Source: Takakia lepidozioides (taxonomy: Eukaryota; Plantae; Bryophyta). Taken from it: a stretch of 64,000 nt of DNA. This document shows positions 39,601 to 51,603 of the stretch, piece by piece. Made by a program: the position numbers and the translations under genes. The number at the start of each line of letters is the position of its first letter. Within the stretch, counting starts at the first letter, position 1. The stretch is from assembly GCA_030704615.1 (NCBI GenBank), contig CM060731.1, positions 58,466,001 to 58,530,000 of the forward strand, read 5' to 3'. The notes beneath the pieces are model-generated. The model searched no databases, was not told the origin of the DNA, and worked only from the letters and a program-made list of their open reading frames with translations.

Positions 39601-41016
39601 CCAACAACAGCAGAGATAAAGGAAAAGGGAAGCTCGTAGAGGAGCCAAGTGTTTATGAGAAAGGTAGAATCCTAAAATCTGAAGAAAGAGACATTACTGC
39701 AAGAGTTTTGCCACTGTCATCGACAGGGACTACGGCTGGGGTTGCTGACGTGGGACTGTCCAGTAAAGGGCCACCACCTGACTCCCCACTTGTATCACAG
39801 GAGGGGATGAAGGGTCAACCTGCAAGCTTGAATCATGGGCGATTTATGAGGCGTGATAAGGTAGATGATAATTTCAATGAGCTTCTAACTAGGAGAGCAA
39901 AAGATGAAGCATTCTCTGCAACAGTGAGGGCTGGGAAGCAATATGACTATGAGGATGAGTATGATGATTCCTTTGATGACTTGGCCGGTACATATCTGAC
40001 CAATTTTGGGGAAGAGGAGACTGAGAACTTGGCTGATTTGAGTAAGCGCCGCTCCATGCACAGTGACATCTCACAGGAGGACTCTGATTGGGCAACCAAC
40101 AGTAGACGACGGCCTTCGGGAAGGGGTACGTTGCACCAAGTAGTACCAGGTGATATCTCAAACCAGAGCTCTAACAGGAGGACAAACAATGGACAAGGTC
40201 CTTCCAAAGGAATTTTATCGCTGCCAAACCAGTTGGGCATGGGACGTAATGGTTCAGGTAATTCGGACAGAGGAAGCAACTCCGGGACCTTGGAAAGAGG
40301 GAAACTGGGTGAAAGCCGTACATATGCCGTTGTGGCACCTAGTAGCAGCAGGTTGGCGTCACTTAGTCAGAGACCAGCTGGCCTAACTACATCAACTAAG
40401 CCAGTAGGTCAAATTGAAAGTCCAAGTGCACCAAGTGGGCCCACTGATGACCAATCTTTCTCCACAGCATCAAATGGGACCAGCCGCACCCAGCAAAAGA
40501 GAGGGAAGGGGAAAATTGAATCCACTACCAAGTTCTATCTTAAGGATGGGAAACTCTACAACTATAAGGTAAGACTGTCGTTATGTTTGGAAGTTAAAGT
40601 ACTTGGCTAAGTTCTCAGTACAGTGCTTAGCCACATGAGTTTTTTTCCCTAATCTCGCCCCATATTGTTTGTAGACTTGCTCACCTACATTCTTTGAGTA
40701 CTGTATGATGGATTCTTGTTCCTGGTGGTGCTGTTTCTAGGTGGTGGGTGCAGAGGCCGGGTTCGCAAGTGTGGAAGAATTTGAAGCTTCCAAGAGAGAG
40801 GAAGAAGCAATACTCTTTGGGCTGGGATCTGGGGGGAATGTACCTGCTGCAATGGCAGAAGCAAGGGATAGTGGAAACTTTGATGGAGGGACTTCTATGG
40901 CGGCAGCTGGTCGTGGACCCCCAAACATAGGGCACCACTTAAAGAAAGATAACAACAAACATCGGAGAAAGGAGCAGGCAATGAAAAAGCATTTTGGTGG
41001 CCTTGCGGGGTTGTAA
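33677..41016 (+). CDS. ASCC2: Activating signal cointegrator 1 complex subunit 2-like (CUE-domain ubiquitin-binding protein), ~1062 aa, 10 exons
   Basis: Phase-consistent GT-AG exons: 33677-34199, 34672-34831, 35952-36010, 36194-36288, 36707-36820, 37423-37488, 37921-38018, 38562-39052, 39262-40568, 40741-41016 (3189 nt). Motifs FLPYLP, RRWYD, LSRRVFMLLYRL, LDLPKLLDVCAVY, CUE (ISQVKDLFPGYGDGFVAACLEAYD.DPEKVI), YEDEYDDSFD and C-terminal HRRK..AMKK. Confidence 0.9.
37231..37295 (-). mobile_element. SINE 3' fragment in ASCC2 intron 5
   Basis: AGCGTAAATTATGGTGTCTCTT...GGGCTACTGCCTTC...GGAAGGTGGAC matches the SINE family. Confidence 0.65.
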
Positions 41017-42722
41017 GTGTATCTGCTTGGGAGCTCAAACCTTCTGCAAGCACCGTCTTCCAGGGGAGCACAAATTAAAAGTATCATCTCCCTCCTGATC
41101 TCAAAAGCCTTCCTCATCAAAAAAATTCTGTTTTCACTGAGCTTGGGAGACCTGAACTGGTTCTGTCCAGATCTGTAAATCTGAATAAGACCTCTTTGCA
41201 CGTAATATAGGCATGAGGAGTTGAGTGCTATCCCACCTAGGGCCGACTAGTGGTAAATGGATTTTGATCACCGTTTATCAAGTCGAACGGAATGAATGAT
41301 TAGAGCACCAGGTGCTGGAAAAAACCCTTTTCATGTCCCATCAGGCTGTCCTGCGACTTCTAATTGTGTAATGGACAATTTTAGGGGAAGGTCAAATGAC
41401 CTTAACCCTTAAAGGACGAGCTAACTTTTGGCAGTTTTCCCAAAAACCAGTATATACCCTGCATTGCCTAGCTGTAATTTCCCACCCCCATACATCCACC
41501 TAGATGAACCATTCCATGTCATCCCTACTGAAGACATGAATGTGAAATTCCTGGCAGATTTGACCGTTCCATTTATGGGGTTATAACAAAAGAAAAAGGG
41601 CAAGTTGAAACCAAAGCCAAAATAGGAGAACAGAAACAGCTTTGACCATGCATGTTTGGTGAATTTCTTAATTTTCTTGGGTGAATGCCTCCAAATTCTG
41701 AATAAGGGGCAAATAACAGGTCATCTCCCAAAATTTCAGACCGAAATAGCCAAAATATGGGGGGGGCAACATATACTGACCGCATGAATCTCGATTCAGT
41801 ATCGTACCACATTGGGTAAGTACAGTAACTTGGATCTGTTCCCAATGCAAAGGGCCTTCCAAAAAACAATTGATTCACAGGGAATTTGCAAGCCTGGATG
41901 GGGCATATTGGCAAATTTCCGGCCATTGCCAATTCAGGCAGTTGGGTGCTGGACCGGTGGGTTCTCCGGCCACTTTGTTTCGGGCCATGTCAGGCAAAAA
42001 CCCAGGGTGCACTCAGGGCCAGAATGAAAACCCAAAGTTTGCCGTGAATCGCCGGTGACCACATGGCTCCTACCCAACCCGCCCAACTGCCTGGGGTCAA
42101 CCACTTTATCTCTTCCCTGCAGCATGACAAGCTCTCTCTGGGTGACAGCAAAAAACCCGAACTGAGGGGGGTTCGAACCCCCGGATCTGCCTGTATGTGC
42201 AGACAGTCCCCCCCCCCAAGCAGCCATACAGCCCCTACACCCCAAGAATGCAACAAACCCCTGGAAACCCCCAAAACCGGCAACCACTTAACCAAATTGA
42301 AGAAACCTGTGCCATGTGATCATGCACTCCCAACCAAAACAACAAAGACAAAACCCCAAACAACCCAGCAATGCAACCCCGGGCTGAACACCAGTCAATC
42401 CAGCGACACCAAAACTCATCAGAACTCGAAATCCCACTTGTTCATCAAAACACGACAGGCAGAACCCCGTCACACACATGCCAGACTCCACATGCAAACC
42501 CCTGCCATACAACAAGCGCCAAAGCACTGTAAAACACAGAACCATTACACAGGCATCACACAGGACGCCCCACAAAGTGCAAGCTACATTCACAGGCAGA
42601 AGTCAAGAACAAACTTGGAAAGCCAGACTACCTCTCTCGAATACAATGGGCCTCCCTCCAACACGCACCAAGACACAGAAACAAATCCTGGCATTGCGGA
42701 CAGTAGTGATGCGTCCGCCGAT

Positions 42723-43813
42723 CCTCGGCACTAAGTCCCAAGCCATTTCAGGATAGTGCCACGGGCCCGGGCTCCCGTGCTCATGCCCGTGCTGGCTTGT
42801 TCCTGGCTCCCTGCCACGTCGGCTCCTCCTGATCACTGCCCTGCCTTCTAGCTAGCTCCCTGCCACGTCGCGAAGTAGCTAGATAGATCTAGATGTCAAA
42901 CGAGATACTGTAATCACAACTTTGGGCTTAAGCGGAGCCCGCGAGGAAAAATGATAAGTAGTTTCTGCCATCCGAACTGCCATCTAGACTGGGTTGTGGG
43001 GTGAAGCAAGTCTGCTTGCAAGCAGGGTGCACGCAGTTGGAACCACTCATAGTTGCAACCCATCAAAGTTCAAGCTGTACATGGCCTTGGGAGTCAGCCC
43101 TCGGGATCAAGCTTGTCAAATAAGGTAATCGACGAGTCCGCTGCAGGTATCAATGAGATGAAAACACTGGTCAACGGAGGACGTAGAAGGGACGGGACGG
43201 TTGGTATGATCGTGTCGATCTAATTCCTGGAGAGTGCATGTCGAATTCGGGGCCCATCACCCTTTCTCGTCCAAGTCCAGACTCCAGACATCTTGAACAT
43301 GAGGTCAATGGACTGACAGAGACGTCCAGATTCATAGTGCACAGTTCTGAAGTGGGAGCTGCTGATAGCTTCACGTCCATCCTACACGTCTGACTTATCA
43401 CACTCTCTAACTCGGAAAAGTAGCAAAACTCTCTAAAGCTGGTCTTCCTCCAGATCTTGGTGACATATCTGTTCCCGACTAACCGGTCGAAGAAATGACT
43501 TCATGCTCTTGAAAATGAGTACTTCAGAATAGAATGCTTATAAGCCAGTGCGTTGGCTTCCATCACTTCCTTATGGGAAACTGGGACCCAGACAACAGTA
43601 ACCTCCTGCACTAATAACTTGCTCCAATATGATCGGCCTGGTGTTGGGGCGTCGACATCAAGCGGAGCCCGCGGGCCAGCAAGAGCGCATGGGAGCGCGT
43701 CCCAGGAGGAGCTGACCTGGTAGCGGGGCCAGCCAGCAGCCCAGCCCGGGCATGAGGACGGGAGCCCGGGCCCGTGGCACTATCCTGAAATGGCTTGGGA
43801 CTTAGTGCCGAGG
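42723..43813. mobile_element. Non-autonomous Mutator-like element (Pack-MULE-like)
   Basis: ~110-bp TIRs starting CCTCGGCACTAAGTCCCAAGCCATTTCAGGATAGTGCCACGGGCCCGGGCTCCCG; perfect 9-bp TSD TCCGCCGAT (42714-42722, 43814-43822). Confidence 0.9.
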
Positions 43814-44029
43814 TCCGCCGATGGCACTGGACACACAACCATCGAAGGGTAGAATGCATGATTTGGTGCACATCTGAAGCCTGTGGCACCAACAGAGTGG
43901 TCGTTTCCAACGAAGCGCAAGTGTCTGCTGTAAGTGAATGAGCCGTGGCCAAACAAAACTTCAAGTGGGACATAGCTCAACGGCCCATACTCTTTATGGC
44001 GGATACATGCACAATGTATGAATTCACCA

Positions 44030-44189
44030 ACAACCAACATGTAGCCCAGTGGTAATCACATACCACGTTGGATGTGGTTGTGGGTTCAAATCTGGTGTGT
44101 CATGAAGGTGTCCACCTTCTGGAAGGCAGTAGTCCTTTGGGGTCGTGACACCATAAGTTACTCTCCCTTCGAGAGGCTTCATACTCTAC
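44030..44189 (+). mobile_element. tRNA-derived SINE, full length
   Basis: Pol III A box TAGCCCAGTGG (44042) and B box GGTTCAAATC (44083); TSD GAATTCACCA (44020-44029, 44190-44199). Confidence 0.88.
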
Positions 44190-45095
44190 GAATTCACCAT
44201 AGTGGTATCAACAAAAAAAAAAAAAAAAAAAACATTGTGCCATCACTTGTGGATTTTCAGATGCGTGCTATAAGCTCGAAAAATTATACTTAAAAAATAC
44301 GGTAGGGCAATATCCTTTCACCCAATTTTTTTTTTTAAAAGGGTCACAAAAAATCTAGAGTTTTACTTTAAAAGTTAATGTAATAAAGGGTTTTATTTAT
44401 AGTATAATGTATCCATCCCTCATATTTCATCCAGAGTACAAAAGATTCGAAGGAAAGTTGGCTATAAATGGGGAATATCAAGGCAGCCTTTTGATTTGAT
44501 GAATAAACCTGTTCTACCCAAAATCTGGGGGTCTTTCCATTATGGTGTTTTTGAATTGGTTCTCTAAAGGTAGAGGTCACCTGAAGTTCAAATATGATTC
44601 CACTGATACAGTGGATTGATGTTGAGACCATAATCTCAACAGTGACTATGACAAATTTGAACCATCTCAGAACATGTACTCTTTAGATCCAAGTGATGCT
44701 GCGGCTTTGAATGAGTTCGTGGCTAATGAAAGTTAAACTTTTCTTTGGGTCCGGCATTTTATTTATGTGTGGAATGTTGTTTGTGTACATGCTTTAAAAT
44801 TTTACAATTATTTAAAAAGATAATTTAAAATAGGGTCTAATTAATTGTTGCAAAAATATATATAAAGAAAAATAGGGTATTAAGAAACAAAGGGTTTTAC
44901 AATATTACCTAAAGATAGGGTGGAAAAAAATGATTTAAAAAAAATATATAGCCTGAAATAAATATATCTTTGTACGCACGTGATATGGAAAAAATACATA
45001 GAGTGACCCCCCCGTGCTCCTCGGAGTCTTGCACATCCGTACCACGCATGTAGGTCTGATATTGCATGTATATATATATATGACGCGTTCCGAAT

Positions 45096-45249
45096 GAAGC
45101 GTAAATTATGGTGTCTCTTCAACCCCAAGGGTTACTGCCTTCTGCTAGGAAGGTGGACACCTTTGTGACACCAGTTACTGGATTGAACCCACAACCACTT
45201 CTGAGGTGGTATGTGCCCATTACCACTGGGCTACAACTTGGTTGTTGAC
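45096..45249 (-). mobile_element. tRNA-derived SINE copy
   Basis: Reverse complement of the same family, with A box TAGCCCAGTGG and B box GGTTCAATCC. Confidence 0.8.
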
Positions 45250-45326
45250 AACTAGGCACAATTTAGCCCACGCCTTCTTGGACTCAATCTGCAAGTCATA
45301 GAAAATGAGGAAACAACGAGTATCCC

Positions 45327-45506
45327 CGACAACCAGCATGTAGCCCAGTGGTAATGGCACATACCACGTTGGATGTGGTTGTCGGTTCAAACCATGGTCT
45401 GGTGTGTCATGAAGATGTCCACCTTTCAGCTGGAAGGCAGTAGCCCTTGTGGTGAAGAGATACCATAAGGTACGCTCCCTTCAGGAGGCGTCATACTTTT
45501 ACTTAG
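45327..45506 (+). mobile_element. tRNA-derived SINE copy
   Basis: A/B boxes, 3' CGCTCCCTTCAGGAGGCG hairpin, TACTTTTAC tail, near-perfect TSD CGAGT(A/G)TCCC. Confidence 0.85.
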
Positions 45507-45794
45507 CGAGTGTCCCTATAAAAGTCCTTGCAACACACCGAGCCTTCCACAGATGCTGAGCAACGGAGGGTTTCAAATTTGAATTGTAAAAAATAACCAA
45601 CATGCTAAGAAAAAAAAACTTATACAATATGTAGTAGCCAACGGGGTGGGAAGAAGTTGGCATTTTGATATTTCAAAGTTGTCCCCATTTTTTATGGGCG
45701 AGTGGAGATTAGCACATGATGGTCCTGTCGCAATTTTCCCAGGTTATCTTGCACTCTAATAAGCAGCTTCGACCAAGAAAGTAGAAAGTATGAG

Positions 45795-48700
45795 CACAAA
45801 GCCATCTTTAACCCTACGCTCAACCCACCAATTGACTGCCTTAAACATCAGCTGGGCCATTTCTTGTCAAGCCCCATTGATATCAACAAAGAAATATGGA
45901 TACAAGCATCCGCTTCCTATACGCCCGCTATCACGAACTGCCTACACCCTGAGCACCACCACCCCAACTGTTTATGTAAAGTCAAGCATTACCCATGGCA
46001 TGACCTCGACGGCTTTTCATTAGACAAACGTGGGATACCCACGGACCGCATACATGACCTATTCACGCTAGATCTCTATGACTATTGCCTTAAAGGTCTA
46101 TCTAAATCAAAAGCCCCTGGACCAGATATGATCCCTAACGCTATATTACAAGCGCTTGACCCCCATCTCCATACCCTCTTCTTCAAATTTTTCAAACTAT
46201 GTTACCAACTCAAGCGTATCCCACCCACATGGAAACATAGTCGCACCATCTTTCTATTTAAGAAAAGCGACCCTACTGACCTCGGTAACTATAAACCCAT
46301 AGCCCTAGCCAACACTATCTATAAATTGTTTACCAGCACACTAACCACACTGCTATCCAATTACGGAGAACAACACCATATTCTGAGTGACCCCCAAGAG
46401 GGCTTCCGAGCCATGCGTAGCACAACCCGTCAAATACAATATGTCCTTGCAGCCCTCGAAGATGCCAAGCTCACTATACAAGATATCTACCTCTTGTATA
46501 TAGACTTAAAAAATGCCTTCGGATCCTTAGACCATGCCAGACTACTTGCAATCATGACGGACCTCGGTTACCCCATCGATGCCATCCAACTCATTGGCAA
46601 CATCTATACCAACAACACTACGGAATACTCCGGCTCATATTTTGGTACTACCTCCCCTATTCCTATCCTACGCAGCACCATTCAAGGTGACACCCTCAGT
46701 CCATACCTATTCATTATCTTTTTAGAACCTCTCCTCAGATAGTTAGCACGCGAAAATCTCGGCTATCACTATAAAACCTCCCCTAGCGAAATCTTTGTTG
46801 CCGCATACGCTGACGACCTAGCTATCCTAGCTCACAAACCCCAACACCTCAACCAACAAGTCAGCAAGTTATCCCGCTTTAACGTATGGTCGGGCATGGA
46901 ACTTAACCTCCACAAGTGCACCGTTACCGCAGCAACCCACCACAGTAATCTAACAAAAACTGCGATTGCTTCCCATTGTAAACTCTATATCCATTACCTA
47001 AACAACCCCTTTCCCTTTTTAGGACCTGATGAGCCTTACACATACTTAGGCATCCAACTAGTCCCATCACTTACTTGGCATGTGCAAAAGACCACCACAC
47101 TTGCTAAGCTCTCTGACAAAAGCCTGGCTCTTCTTAAATCCCCTGTCTCCATTAGACCCAAACTGTCAATCATCAGCTCTGTGCTTAAGCCACAAGTCCA
47201 ATACTCTTTTCACGCCGCTCCTTTCTCCCTCCCGGATCTCAAAGTACTAGACAAACACATCACTCAACTAACCAAGCGAATATGTGGCTTACCTACCAGT
47301 ACTCCTAGTGCTCTCACCCAACTCTCGACAGACTGTTAGAGCGTTATTTCATTATCCTGAATCCTTGGTACCCAGTTACAAGAAGCTCTCAATGACCCTG
47401 GACGTCTGGGACTTATCTACCGGGGCCTTCTTAAATTCCTAGCCCACAAATTCAATGGACTACAATCCCTCCCATCTCTTCATTCCCAATCTTGCCTACA
47501 CTCCCCCACGGCACGTACACTATTCATCCTACGACAAATGCGTATCAGCATACAAACCGACCTACCCGGCTATCCTAACACGATATCACAGTTGGGACAC
47601 GCTCTAAATACCAGCCCATCCCTCTCCGACTTTGAACGTCTTCATCCCCGCCAAAAGCGTCCCCTCCTCACCTATTTCAAAGAACGGCATATCACTCATC
47701 TCACCCAACTTACCACCACCACCGGCACTCAACTTGTAACCCCGAGAGAATTCACACTCAAACACTCTCGTGCCACGGCCAAAACCTGCAGGTTCCTCCA
47801 ACACCTACGCACCCTACTCTGCCATCCATCTGCATTATGTACCCTTGAATGCGATCTTCCCTGCTCACTCTCCCCTCATACCCAACTCGACTTACTACCT
47901 GCCTACAGATCAGGTCCATCCCCCTCTATTCTCCACACGCTTAGGGCCTCCCAAACCTCAGGTACACATGGCACTAGAGACACCCCATCCACACCCACCT
48001 CCCCTATACCCTCTCCCCACTCGGATAGGGACTCCACCCAGACCCTTCCCGCCCACATCCATATGCGCTCCCTTACGCAAACTACTTCCACCCCAACTCC
48101 CCCCTCACCTAACACTCCTGCAACTCATCATGACCACCCAGATAACCCAGACGCATATGTTATCGAAGCCATCCTAGGTATTAAGACCCAAACTTCTACA
48201 GGCTCATATGGGGCCACATGTGTTGATACATATTACTTATGCCAATGGGCTGGCTACACAGCTGATGATAACTCATGGCAAATCAAGGATGACCTCTTTG
48301 GCTCACATGATGACTGCGACCCCGCCCACAATCTCACACTCCTCACCGCATTCCACAAACGTACCAACCTCGTGCATACCCACCAACAACATATCTCCCA
48401 AACCCAACCCAAGGATGCCCGTCACGTACATCAACCACTTACCGCCCCCAACGTACACATACACATTACTGAATGCAATCCAGATAAGGATATTTTGCAC
48501 ACCTCCCCCACAATCTGTCAAGGCCCTCGTATGTCCACTATCTACTCATTCAACGGCCGTTTTCTTGGCCTCATTCCCAATGACAGACTAGCATGGCTAT
48601 GGGCTAAATACTGTACTTCCTCCCCCTGTAACACTCAAATCCACCCACCCCACCAAGACTTCGCTACCACACTCAGTTGGCTTGTTACCCGCTATCTCCA

Positions 48701-51014
48701 AGACACTCCTCCCAAGAAACCCCGTTCTCTGACAAAACTTGTTACAAGCCTTTGCTCATATTACTATCCCCCCGGATATCCTCGCTCTGCTCATTACCAC
48801 TTTCGAACTCACTCGTTCATATTATTCCAGACCGCTTACATGCCCGATAGGAATCACAACTTTTGCCAGCCCCCACCCCCGAGACTACATCTTCGGAGCC
48901 ACCGGACATGCCATCCAACACGCATGGGCAGGGAGGGGATTTGCCCACCCCCACTTCAGACCCTTTCACACATGAGGCCCTCCAATGGGCCCGTATGGCC
49001 ACACAGTCATCCCCATCAAACGTCACGATCATTTTACTCACTCACCAAAAGCTATCCAACAGTCCCACCCCCTCCTACAATTCCCACCCGGCATAACACT
49101 CCTCGCCGCTATCGAACATAACCAACTCCGGTACATCCACACCCCGCCTCTCCCCAAATACCTTCGTTACAAAGAATCCACCCTTACCCTTCTCCTTCAT
49201 GTCCAACACACCACACACTCCACCATGCCTCCCACCTTCCCTGCCTTACTGAATCAACTCCTTAAGCGCACTCACAAGCTAAAAACCACCATCTACCCCC
49301 ACCATACCACACACCCAGTCCTCACATTTCCACCTGACCCACTCCCTAGGATTAACTTAAGCAAAGCATGGAAAAGGGCGCTCCTGCGCCCGTCCCCTAC
49401 CCAACCTACGTTTCCCCCGCCCCTCCCATCCTATTGCCAAATTATACCTCCCAAATTTCCTCCATCCCACTCCCACTACACCGACGGCTCCCTCACCGAC
49501 TCCCACGCTGGTTATGGAGTATACCATGCCGCTACCAATCAGGGCACCGCTCACAGACTTCCTGGTCCTGCTACCATACTTCGTGCAGAACTAATGGCAA
49601 TATTTGAAGCGCTCACCCAACTGTCTTCATTCTCCCCTCCACATTATATCTTCACAGACAGCCTCACCTCGCTCTTTCTCATCCGCAACCACCTCTCTTG
49701 CTCATCTTCTCACCATTTTCACTTTGACCGTAATCTCATCACAACCATCGCCAACATGGCTATCTCCATCAACCAACCCATTCACTTTATCAAAGTACGC
49801 GCACATATACGTATTCGGGGGAATGAGGCTGCCGACCTTCTTGCCCAGGAAGGTGCCGACGAACCCCCTGTTGACCCTACCAATGATCCCATCCACATAG
49901 CACATACCCACCCATTCTGGCTAATACACCCCCTACCCGACCCCTTGAACCCCGACCTATACGCAACCTTTTGAAAACCCTTACTCGAGAAGCCAATAAA
50001 CAAACCTCGGTATCTGCTAGCCACACTAAAATATACATACAAAAATGGACACAATCCGCAATACTCCATAACAAACTCTCAAACTACTTTTGGCACTCCA
50101 AAACAGCTACTGACGCCCAAATCAAACAGACGCTTAAATTCCAATACGCACAATATATGGGACATCAACGTAAATATATATTCTGGCCACGCCCTTTCCC
50201 TCGGGCCGCATTGTCTACTCTGTTCTCATACCCACCAGGAATGTGACACTTGGCCACACCTTCTTAGCGTACCCGGTCATCCACGGGCTTCATATAACCC
50301 GCCATAACCAAGCAGTCTGGCACATCCATAAACTTCTCCTACATCGCGCCGAGACAAGATGGTTCTCGCTAATCAACACTGACCACACCGTCCCACACTG
50401 GCTTCTCCTTTGTACTTGCTCCCACTCCCACTGCACCTGCCCCACCAGACTATGCCCGGACATGTTGCTTGTACATGGTTTACCTATAAATCCCCCCCCA
50501 CCCACCGCCCTTTGACCCCGAACCTTACCATCTACTTTATTGAGTTCACATACTGCCATGATCGATACCCCGCTGACTCAACGCTAGACAAATGGCTAAA
50601 ATATGCGCCACTAATCCTTGCGCTTCGACACAAGGGCTGGGTCACTGGTCCTTTGACGGTTATCACGGCTGGCACTAGAGGCGGCATTCATAACGCAGTA
50701 TCAATGCACTACACACTAACTTCAAACTCCCTATCCTTTCCATTCATAAATGTTTCAAAGCAATACACCTCACAACCCTCCGCTCCCTCACAGCCATTAT
50801 TACTAACAAACGTAAACTCGAATCTAACCCTTCTTTGGCTCCCGGGGTATCTAGGGTACCCTAGGTACCCCAAGTATCCACGGTACCTTGCTCCTCTAGA
50901 CTCCTAGTGTCCTATGGACACCTTTTTGGATGGGGCCCACCCCCGAGAGGGGGCAGTAGCCGTGAGACGAAATGGCTCTTAGTTATGCCGGCTTGGGCCG
51001 AAGTCTTCTCTCTC
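45795..51014 (+). mobile_element. 5'-truncated Dualen/RandI-like non-LTR retrotransposon: RT, chromodomain, MTase-like domain, RNase H, Zn knuckle, restriction-like endonuclease
   Basis: 13-bp TSD TAGAAAGTATGAG (45782-45794, 51015-51027). RT motifs KAPGPD, YKPIAL, QEGFR, DLKNAFGS, QGDTLSP, YADD (46806), YLGI. RNase H YTDGS/RAELMAI/FTDSL/KVRAH/GNEAAD. RLE motifs RHN..PD..IE..K..KY. (CT)n tail; several stops and frameshifts. Confidence 0.92.
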
Positions 51015-51544
51015 TAGAAAGTATGAGGGGGAGCTTTGATCTTTATGCTAGCCGTGTTTAAGGAATAGTCCCAAAACTGGGAATCATGCAGGCATTCCAA
51101 AGGAGATGATTAAGAGAGGTGCTCAGGGTCACGAGAGGTCTTCCCATTGCAATTGCCTGGCCTGCTGCCTTGCTTGGGGCCACTGACTTCATTGACAACA
51201 AATTGTCTGTTGTTGTTAGTAGATTTCATCTCCCTTTCTTTTTATCTGTTACTTGAATTCCTTGGTCATCAGCTCTAACTAATTAAGGGTAACTTAATAG
51301 GAGAAAACAGACACTTTGGATCGTGTTTATTGTCTACAACCATGTCTCAAATTGTGGCCAAATGATCATATTAGTTTGTTCATAGTTGAAATGCTGGGGC
51401 TCAACGTTTGACCCCTACTTCTAAAGCATTACCAACAACATATGAGGGACGGATGTATGTAGGATCAGATTCAATGTTCAAACTACAGTGTTCCAACTAA
51501 GGATCATAAATGGTGGCATATACAGCCCACCCTTGATTAAAAGA

Positions 51545-51603
51545 GGTCGTAGTCACAAGGTAAAGTGGCTCTTAGTTACATCGGCTGTGGCCGGAGTCTT
51601 TTG
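51545..51603 (+). mobile_element. Short 3'-end fragment related to the 45795-51014 LINE
   Basis: GTAG...TGGCTCTTAGTTA..CGGCT.TGGCCG.AGTCTT matches the LINE 3' UTR at ~50955-51008. Confidence 0.65.

Noticed and set aside
41402-41420. TTAA-CCCTT piggyBac-like terminus
   Set aside because: No matching opposite terminus or transposase found in the window.
42063-42734. 223-aa ORF
   Set aside because: Low-complexity A/C-rich strand bias, interrupted by the MULE, no domain recognised.
44040-44100. tRNA gene
   Set aside because: A/B boxes present but no cloverleaf; multi-copy with TSDs, so called a SINE.
44368-44760. hAT dimerisation-domain remnant
   Set aside because: Similarity too weak to call by eye.
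50955-51010. Hammerhead/HDV ribozyme in the LINE 3' end
   Set aside because: GAAA is present but the CUGANGA core is absent.
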